Source: Planctomycetota bacterium
GTDB taxonomy: Bacteria > Planctomycetota > UBA11346
Assembly: GCA_022841245.1 (NCBI GenBank)
Contig: JALHRW010000001.1
Coordinates: 15,732-79,731 of the forward strand
Direction: 5' to 3'
Length of the DNA stretch: 64,000 nucleotides
Shown here piece by piece: positions 56,997 through 64,000 of this stretch. Under the pieces are notes generated by a model that was given only the letters and a program-made list of their open reading frames with translations, searched no databases and had not been told where the DNA came from. The position numbers and the translations under genes were made by a program. How positions within the stretch are numbered: position 1 is the stretch's first letter; each line of letters starts with the position of its first letter.

Positions 56997-59396
56997 TCAG
57001 TTGGCGACGCGGATGCGGGCTGCGGGATCGGCGGCCTGGACCGCGAGAATGGCGCAACCGGCCAGGGCGAGGATGCCGCCGGCCTCGACCGTGACGGTCT
57101 TCCCTGTGGTGCCGCTGGTGATGAAGCCGTAGCCCTGGCTCGTGGCGAGGGCGGCCCGGTAGTCGATCAGCGGCTTCTGCAGATCCGGCACCAGCATGAC
57201 GCCGAAGGGCATTGCCAGGTCGAGAGTGGCGGCCGGGCGGATCAGGGCGCAGGCGTTGATGTTCCCCGCGGGTATCGCCGCCAGGGCGCGCTGGATCTCG
57301 GGCTGGGTGGTGAAGCCGCCGGCATGGTCGAAACTCACGATCCCGCCCGGATGGGTGGTGGCGACGAAGTGGCCGCCATGCCAGCCCAGAGTGAACGCGA
57401 CCGGACCGGCCAGCAGCGAGGCCGAGCCGTCGGCAGCGCGGGGCAGGCCGCTGGCGATGATGACCGCCTCGGCGTCGGCCGGGGCGAGGTCGACCTCGAT
57501 GGTCAGGCTGGGAATCGGCATGCCCGGTTCGATCCAGGCGAGCATCACCCCGTCGGCCTTGTCGAGGAGCAGGCCGGTGGCAGTCATGGCGGCCTGCGCC
57601 TCGACAGGCAGCCTGCCGCCGTGCTGGGCCTCGAGCCCGCTACCGATCGTGGTGAGCAGGCTGCGATAGTAGCCGGTGGCGCCGGTGTTACCGGGAGCGA
57701 TCGCCATCGCGGCGGCGATGATCGCCGCCGCCGGGACGCGGGCGAAGCACCCGCGGTCGAGGCCGGGGCCGGCCGGCGCATCGCGGCCAGTCTCGACCGT
57801 GGAGGTGAAGCGGAGGCCGTCAGCGCCGATCAGCAGGCTGCCGGTGGCGGTGCGCATCGGGGCGAGGCCGGGGCGGCCCGGGTCAAGGTAGGTGGCGAAC
57901 TCCAGTTCGGAGGCCGGCATCGCGGCCTTGCGTGCCAGGGCGGTGATCACCGCTGGCACGGCGGTTGCAGTTGCTGGGGCGGTGATGGCGATGTGATCAC
58001 CGGCGATGGCGATCCGTCCATCGCCGGCCACCGTGGTGAAGGTCCAGGCTCCGGGGCCGGCAGGTTTGGTGCCGAAGGGAGCCTGCTGGCCATCCAAGGT
58101 CGCGCGCAGACGCGCCAGGAGTGGGGACTCCGCGGCGGTGCCGGTGATCATGCCGGCGAACGTGGCCAACGTGGTGCCTGCTTGCGGCTTCTGTCGCGCC
58201 GTATCGGCGAGGACGCGGCGGACCTCGACCAGGGCGCGCTCCTGCTGTTCGGCCGGGGTCAGCGCCGTCATCTCCTGCTGCAGCCGGTAGGTGCGGACGC
58301 GTTCGGCGTCGGGCAGCAGCGAATCCTGATCGATCACGAAGGAGGCCTCGCGCAGCGAGGCGAGGGCGTCGAGCCACGCCGTCTGTCCGGCTGGCAGCAG
58401 GGCCATCTCGGGCTGGGTGCGTAGGCGTTCGACGGTGCGGGCGCCATCGTTGGCGCGCAGGATGATCCAGCTCCGGGCATGCTCGGGATCGAGGTCGCGG
58501 ATCGGATCGCCGGTGGCCTTCCACACCGGCTTCGGCGCCGGCACGAGGCTCGGCGGCTTCGCGGCCGTGGGTGACGCGGCGGGTTCAGCGGAGGGAAGGA
58601 ACTGCCAGGCGGCGCCTCCGACGAGGAGGAGGCCGGCGGCGGCAATGGCGATACGGGTCATAGGGGACGTTCTCGGTTTCGACCAGCGGACGACACGATC
58701 GGAAGGCGCGGTGGTCGATCCCGCTCCTCCGCCGGCATGAACCAGATCACGCAGATGGACCAGTACCGCCGCCGGTACGGCAGCCTGCGCCTCGGACGCC
58801 AGGACGGCGGCCAGGGCGACGCTGCTCAGCGCCACGCCGCGCTTGGCCAAGAGCGTCCGCAGGCGCTCCAGGCCGCGCTCGATGCGGTAGCGCACCGTGC
58901 TCAGTCCGCTCCCGGTCAGCCGCGAGACCTCCGCCAGGGTATGTCCGGCGAGGTGGTGCAGCATGACAACGTCCCGTTCCCGCTTCGGCAGTTCGGCCAG
59001 GCAGGCGTCAAGGTGGTCCTGGATTCCTGGCATGGCCGGCTCCTCGGCGCGGGGTTCGGGGGGGGGCACGGACGATTCGGCGATGCGGCGACGCTGCCGG
59101 TCACGCCAGGCGTTGCGGACGACGTTGCCCGCCACCGTCATCAGCCAGGCCGCGAAGACCGGGCTGGCGGCTGCCTGCTCGCGCTTCTGCGCGAGGACCA
59201 GGAAGACCGCCTGGGTGGCGTCATCGGCATCCGTCTCGCCAAGCGAACGACGGCAGCGACTGAAGACCAGGGGCGCGAAGCGGACCACGATGGCATCGTA
59301 GGCCCGCTCATCCCCCGCCGCCCAGGCCAGGGCCAGATCGGCATCGGTCGTTTCAGCGTGCATGGTTTCCATCTGCGAGGACTCCTGCATCATCAT
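56997..59396 (-). CDS. ECF sigma factor fused to a TM helix and large C-terminal domain
   Basis: DADDATQAVFLVL, AWLMTVA.N, ERDVVMLHHL.G.TL.EV, RGLERLR..LAKRGV, then TM and about 500-aa extension. Confidence 0.88.
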   Translation of the reverse strand: MMMQESSQMETMHAETTDADLALAWAAGDERAYDAIVVRFAPLVFSRCRRSLGETDADDATQAVFLVLAQKREQAAASPVFAAWLMTVAGNVVRNAWRDRQRRRIAESSVPPPEPRAEEPAMPGIQDHLDACLAELPKRERDVVMLHHLAGHTLAEVSRLTGSGLSTVRYRIERGLERLRTLLAKRGVALSSVALAAVLASEAQAAVPAAVLVHLRDLVHAGGGAGSTTAPSDRVVRWSKPRTSPMTRIAIAAAGLLLVGGAAWQFLPSAEPAASPTAAKPPSLVPAPKPVWKATGDPIRDLDPEHARSWIILRANDGARTVERLRTQPEMALLPAGQTAWLDALASLREASFVIDQDSLLPDAERVRTYRLQQEMTALTPAEQQERALVEVRRVLADTARQKPQAGTTLATFAGMITGTAAESPLLARLRATLDGQQAPFGTKPAGPGAWTFTTVAGDGRIAIAGDHIAITAPATATAVPAVITALARKAAMPASELEFATYLDPGRPGLAPMRTATGSLLIGADGLRFTSTVETGRDAPAGPGLDRGCFARVPAAAIIAAAMAIAPGNTGATGYYRSLLTTIGSGLEAQHGGRLPVEAQAAMTATGLLLDKADGVMLAWIEPGMPIPSLTIEVDLAPADAEAVIIASGLPRAADGSASLLAGPVAFTLGWHGGHFVATTHPGGIVSFDHAGGFTTQPEIQRALAAIPAGNINACALIRPAATLDLAMPFGVMLVPDLQKPLIDYRAALATSQGYGFITSGTTGKTVTVEAGGILALAGCAILAVQAADPAARIRVAN

Positions 59397-59447
59397 GTGT
59401 CCGCTCGGTGGGAGGGTACAAAAGAACTTCCAGGCCGCTGCCGCCGG

Positions 59448-61058
59448 TCACCGGGGCAGCGCGTTCGCCTTGCCGCCGGATTCGGCAGCCTGCAGGCGCC
59501 GGCGATAGGACTCTGGCACCGTCTTGCCGGCCCAGCCGATCGCCTTCTTCCATGTCGCCGCCGCGTCGGCCAGGCGACCCTGACGATAGTAGATGCAGGC
59601 CAGGGCATCCGCCATCGGGTGGGCCACCGAGGGGTTGGCCAGCAGATCACGGCGCTGGAGGCCGGTCTCCAGGGCGGCGGCCAGATCGCCGGCCTGCTCA
59701 AGCTCGGCTGCGGACGGGGCGGCCACGCGGCCGACCAGGGCGATGGCGAGATCCCGGCTGACCGAGATCCGCGGGGCCTCCTCCAGCTTCGTCGCCGGAG
59801 CTCCGGCGAGGAAGGCCAGATAGAGATGCCGCTGCGCGAAGTACGCCTGCGCCAGATCGGCCGGCTTCCCCTGCTTCGGCAGGGATTGGATGGCGATGCC
59901 GAAAACCGCCCGGTCGGCCAGGCTGGAGTCGCGGATCCAGGCGGACAGCGCGTCTATCCGCCCTTTCTCTGCCTCGGCATAGGCGGCAGCGAAGGCGGGG
60001 TCTTTCTTGGCCAGGTTCTGCAACGCCGTGCGGGGGTCGCTTGCCGCCTGCATCATCGCTGTCGGATCGAGACCCAATCCCGCCGGCACCGGGACCTCAC
60101 TGGGGCGTTCGCCGTCGACCTGCCGTCCATCCACAGCGATGCGGACGATCCGGCCTTTGGCTGCCTGGGCGAGCGGAGGCAAGCCGGCGCGCTGACGGGC
60201 CTTGTCGACCGCGGCCAGGTCCACGGGCACCGGGACGATCATCTCCATGCTGGCGGGAGTCTGCTGCGGCCGGATCTGGCTCTGGCTGCCGTAGGGCAGC
60301 GGATCGCCGAGGATCTGGGCGCAGGCATCGATGATGGCCACCGCTTCGCCCTCGGGGAACCTGCCCTTGACGAGTTCCGCCTGGACGCCGGCGCGGATGG
60401 TGTTCATCAGGCGGAAGTCCCACAAGCCCGGTGTCAGCGCCGCCAGGTCGGCGGCCACGTGTGGCCCTGAGGCGACCGCGATCCAGCCCTCCTTCTGCAG
60501 CGTCTCGCGCAGCCAGCGCCGTATCTCGGTCAGCTGCAGTTGGACGGCCTTGGCCTCCGGCAGGTCGGCGTGGTTCCCTGAGAAGCCCGGCGCCATGACT
60601 TTGGCATTGTAGGCCTCGTTCAATCGCTGTAGTTCGCTGGCCTGGCGGTGCAGTTCCTCGGCACGAGCGGTGCGAGCCGGGTCGTCTGCGGTGGTTGCAG
60701 GCAGACGGTAGGGCTGCCAGCCGGTCGCTGGCGGCGGGGTGGCGATGCGGACGAATCGGGTCGTGGTGCCATTGGCGAGGGACACCCGGAGCGCGTCCTT
60801 CTCCCGTTTCATGTAAGACAGGCCCGGGACGCCCCACAGGTACTGGGTCAAGACCCCGTCCTTCCCGGCGACCACGCGCATCGCCCAGCGGTACTCCCCG
60901 CTCTCGTCCTGGGCCACGGCATGGCTGGCATCCAGGGTCAGGAACAGCGATTCACCCGACCCCTCGGAGCGGTAAGTCTCGATCGAGGGGTCTTCGCCAC
61001 TGATCAGGGCGGCCACCAAGAGCAAGGCCAGGGTGAAGCGGGCGTATGGGCTGGGCAT
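59448..61058 (-). CDS. secreted protein with DUF6624-like and TPR domains
   Basis: Signal peptide, WLRETLQKEGW, YGSQ, VDKARQRAGLPPL, C-terminal DALACIYYRQGRLADAAATWKKAI. Confidence 0.7.
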   Translation of the reverse strand: MPSPYARFTLALLLVAALISGEDPSIETYRSEGSGESLFLTLDASHAVAQDESGEYRWAMRVVAGKDGVLTQYLWGVPGLSYMKREKDALRVSLANGTTTRFVRIATPPPATGWQPYRLPATTADDPARTARAEELHRQASELQRLNEAYNAKVMAPGFSGNHADLPEAKAVQLQLTEIRRWLRETLQKEGWIAVASGPHVAADLAALTPGLWDFRLMNTIRAGVQAELVKGRFPEGEAVAIIDACAQILGDPLPYGSQSQIRPQQTPASMEMIVPVPVDLAAVDKARQRAGLPPLAQAAKGRIVRIAVDGRQVDGERPSEVPVPAGLGLDPTAMMQAASDPRTALQNLAKKDPAFAAAYAEAEKGRIDALSAWIRDSSLADRAVFGIAIQSLPKQGKPADLAQAYFAQRHLYLAFLAGAPATKLEEAPRISVSRDLAIALVGRVAAPSAAELEQAGDLAAALETGLQRRDLLANPSVAHPMADALACIYYRQGRLADAAATWKKAIGWAGKTVPESYRRRLQAAESGGKANALPR

Positions 61059-61540
61059 GGCAGGTACTCCTCTACCCCTTTGTCCGCTGCGGGAGGAAGT
61101 GCCAAAATAAATCGGTAACCACTGTCGGAGTCGGCAAAAGCAACCTTCAGCCGGCATCATCCAGCACCCAGGCTGGGGATGCACCAGCGCTCTCGCCGGT
61201 TGGGGCCATGCGTTGGCTCTTGGCGCTCTTGGCGCTCTTGGCGCCTTGGCGGCTCTCAAATGCATTGCGCTGCTTCCGCCCGTGCCGGCGTTGCCGTGTG
61301 CGTTTCTTCGGCACGGGGTGTAGCAGCGGGGGGTTGGGCGTAGCCCGTCAACGCGCGGGCATGACCGGTAGAACAGCGACGTCGGGGATCTGGTTCAGGC
61401 GGCAGTTCCGTTGCAGATGGTGACGGCGGAGGCGTTGCCGGTTCTGGAGACGCCCTGACGCGTGGTCGCCACCCAGCAGTGGCGGGCGCCATCCCAGCTG
61501 CCGGCGGTGACGATCTGATGGGCGTGGGGATGCCAGCGGA

Positions 61541-61615
61541 GAGCAGGCGCCGCCGCTGATAGTCGTGACTGGCGTACTGACTGCAGCGATCGCTGGGGGA
61601 TCCAGGCTCATAGGA
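61541..61615 (-). mobile_element. second IS3 remnant, 75-bp direct repeat of 56832-56906
   Basis: 2 mismatches in 75 bp. Encodes SDRCSQYASHDY. Confidence 0.8.
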
Positions 61616-61710
61616 TATGCACCTCTGCACAAACCCACCGAGTGGCTCTGGGCCAACCTCATGTGGAGGACTACGCCCGGGACCGCGGTAGCTTCTGACC
61701 CAAGATCGGG

Positions 61711-64000
61711 TCACGGTCCGCCCTGCCGCAACGTGCCACCGAGCAACTGATGCATGAATACCGACTCCTCTGCAAAGATCGGATCATCGCGGAACCGCCT
61801 GGCCGTCATGCGAGCGGCGGCCAGGGCGTGGTTCGGAGCGCCGACGACCGCTGCCTCCCAGGCGATTGAGAACCATTTTGGTTTGTAGTCGACCTCGTCG
61901 GCCCAGATATTCAGCACCGTGATCCATTGTGTATCGCTGCACAATGGCGACAGCCGGCCGATCATCTGCGCCGATGCGTCGCGCAGTGGCTTGTCGTTCT
62001 GGATTCTGACGTAGCACAGCCTCTCGCGAAGGACGCGGTTATCAGCATTGGCGAGGGCGGTAGCGAGGACCGCGAAGTGCTCGTACAGGTCTGTCTGCCG
62101 GCCACCAAGGCCGAATCCGATGCAGGCGGCCCGAGCCTTGCTGGTGCCGCAGGCGGCGGCAGCGACCGCGGCCTTATCGGTCCATGCAGGATCCAGATGC
62201 TCTTCGATATAGCCACTCGTATCGCTCCAGCCGGACACTTGCTCGTCGTGATCTTTGCGGATGCACCTGAAGGTCTCTGTCATCCACCAGGCTGGGCACA
62301 TGCGTATCCAAGGCAGGTCGGCCTCCCGCGACTGGGTGGAGGCAGCAAAATTGCGCGCGAGATGGTCGCGCTTGCCATCGGCCGGCATAGGAGCGGCAGC
62401 GACCGCGACGGCGAGGGCATCCTTTCCGATGTCGAGGGCATGGATGCGGGCGGCGAAGCTGTAGGTGTCGAGGGTCATATCCATGGTTTCGGCGTCGAGG
62501 AAGGCGAGTCTGGCCAGCCAGGCGTCGACGATCTGCCGACTCTTGACCAGCAGTGGATCCCTGGCCGTCTCTGGACTGGCTTTTTCCAGATGGGCGATGA
62601 GGCAGTCGACGAAGCTGCGGACCAGGCCGCGGATTGGAGCTAGGCTACTACTGCCAGTCCAGGCCTGGCGGTCGAAATTCGGCTGCGATGCCAAATGGAT
62701 CAGGCGACTAACCAGTGTTGCCAGGGGATTGAAGGCGGTGGTGACCAGCACCGTGCGGGCACCCTCCTGGTCACCAGCTTGAAGCATGCCCATGGAGATG
62801 CGGATGCCGATCTGGGGGACTCCGTCGCCCAATCCTGGAGCCGCCCTCTTCAGGGTGGCGGCGGCCTCCGTGAGCGCGGCCTGTGCTTCCTTCGGCTTGC
62901 CGTCACGGAGCAGCACCGTGGCGAGAAGCAACTGCTCCTGGATACGGGAGACGGGTTCGTTGTTCTCCTGGATGACTTCACGAAACTGCTTGGCGGCTGC
63001 CGCCAGTTGCCCGGTGCGAAGGTAGAGCCCGGCTCGTTCGGTGAGATTGGCAGGATCGCGGTCACCTGTATCAATCAGCTTGCCCATCTGGGCGATCGCA
63101 TGGCCATAGGTGTGGTACTGCCAGTCGCGCTGCACGTCGATCATCGTCCGGGCATATTCGCGCTCGGTGAAGATGCGCCAGCCGAGGCCGAAGCGACCGC
63201 GGGTGTTTTCTCCAGAAAATCGCAGGAGCAGGCCAAAGTTATTGGGATTGAACGGCTTGGTGGGATCAAAGTGAGCCTGGGCGGCGCGCAGGGCGTCACG
63301 CACATCGGGACGGGCAAAAGCGAGGGTCGGCCCCGTCTGCATCACGTCGATCACCCAATCTTCGCCATCCTTGCTGGCGACGGCGAAGGCGGTGTGCGAG
63401 GGAAGAAGCAGCAGATGTCCGAAGCGGTTCTGCCTCTCGGCAATAGACTGATAGAGTTCAGCGAGGTCGTCGCAGTCGCCCCGGAACTGGCCGCAGGTGG
63501 TGGTTCCCAGGGTTTGGACAGCCGTCTGGTGGATCTCGCCCCTCACGTCGGGGGTGCCGAACACCAGTGGGAAGCGCGGATCGGGGCTATCGTAGACGTA
63601 GCTGAAGCAGTACTGCCCGATGAGGTCGAGGAGCTGCGTGTCTGACAGTGTCCGTGCCGCCTCGGTCAGGAAGCGCTCTGCCTCCATCGGAGTGTCGTTG
63701 TGCGGTGGTACCACCGAGCCCTTGAGCGTCGCCAGGCGCAGGAGATCACCCTCAGGGGTGCACAGGACGAGGTGGGGCGGGAACAAACCCTTGGCCATGT
63801 CGCGCTCCTCCGGCTCCCGCACCACTTGCCGCCAGGCGAACGGGTCGCTGGCCAACTTGTTGTCTTTGGCGCTCCAACGCGCCACGCAGGCGGTGCCGGT
63901 GAATAGGGCGGCAGCTTCGGCCTTGCCGGCGTCGGTTACGGGGTCGGCGTTGGCCGGCAGCTCGACCACCAGGGCCAAGCTTGGCATCATCCGCGTGAAG
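61711..64000 (-). CDS. large transglutaminase-like/TPR protein, 5' end probably beyond the window
   Basis: GDCDDLAELY...LPSHTAFA...WVIDV as candidate Cys-His-Asp triad, followed by TPR-like helices. Frame is open to the window edge. Confidence 0.65.
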   Translation of the reverse strand, partial: FTRMMPSLALVVELPANADPVTDAGKAEAAALFTGTACVARWSAKDNKLASDPFAWRQVVREPEERDMAKGLFPPHLVLCTPEGDLLRLATLKGSVVPPHNDTPMEAERFLTEAARTLSDTQLLDLIGQYCFSYVYDSPDPRFPLVFGTPDVRGEIHQTAVQTLGTTTCGQFRGDCDDLAELYQSIAERQNRFGHLLLLPSHTAFAVASKDGEDWVIDVMQTGPTLAFARPDVRDALRAAQAHFDPTKPFNPNNFGLLLRFSGENTRGRFGLGWRIFTEREYARTMIDVQRDWQYHTYGHAIAQMGKLIDTGDRDPANLTERAGLYLRTGQLAAAAKQFREVIQENNEPVSRIQEQLLLATVLLRDGKPKEAQAALTEAAATLKRAAPGLGDGVPQIGIRISMGMLQAGDQEGARTVLVTTAFNPLATLVSRLIHLASQPNFDRQAWTGSSSLAPIRGLVRSFVDCLIAHLEKASPETARDPLLVKSRQIVDAWLARLAFLDAETMDMTLDTYSFAARIHALDIGKDALAVAVAAAPMPADGKRDHLARNFAASTQSREADLPWIRMCPAWWMTETFRCIRKDHDEQVSGWSDTSGYIEEHLDPAWTDKAAVAAAACGTSKARAACIGFGLGGRQTDLYEHFAVLATALANADNRVLRERLCYVRIQNDKPLRDASAQMIGRLSPLCSDTQWITVLNIWADEVDYKPKWFSIAWEAAVVGAPNHALAAARMTARRFRDDPIFAEESVFMHQLLGGTLRQGGP

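Noticed and set aside
61208-61250. 9-bp tandem repeat (ctcttggcg x3) reading MRWLLALLALLAP
   Set aside because: It could be a signal-peptide remnant, but the downstream frame has no coding character, so there is too little support to call it.
1-64000. rRNA, tRNA, riboswitch, prophage or defence genes
   Set aside because: None recognised by eye. A covariance-model search (Infernal/Rfam, tRNAscan-SE) would be needed to exclude small RNAs in the gaps at 15.4-15.8, 43.4-43.8 and 61.1-61.7 kb.

Overview
High-GC bacterial DNA, most consistent with a Planctomycetota/PVC organism (inferred from an H-X9-DG prepilin protein, extended ECF sigma factors and Hanks-type kinases). The window has three blocks. 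(1) 1-17.7 kb is a heavy-metal island: a CusCBA-type RND efflux system, three YHS/TRASH-like Cys proteins, an unannotated His-rich lipoprotein, a membrane Ser/Thr kinase with a His-rich tail, a CorE-like Cys-rich ECF sigma with CopZ, a CopA ATPase, a second ECF sigma and rcnR-rcnA. copZ and copA share a 29-bp upstream motif that looks like an ECF promoter. (2) At about 17.69 kb rcnA is joined tail-to-tail to a truncated secreted-protein gene, and 17.7-56.7 kb is a LacI-regulated carbohydrate/surface region. It holds a small catabolic operon, secreted hydrolases, a five-gene GspG/H/I/J/K-like pseudopilin cassette with large passenger domains followed by an LRR pseudokinase, a C25-like surface protein and a 1738-aa GH2-like enzyme. 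One palindromic operator (CTAACGTTAG) occurs at both the pilin cassette and the surface-enzyme genes. (3) 56.7-64 kb has IS3 remnants sharing a 75-bp direct repeat around an ECF-fusion gene and a TPR gene, then a partial transglutaminase-like/TPR gene. I saw no rRNA, tRNA or CRISPR array. All family calls come from reading motifs by eye, not from database searches.
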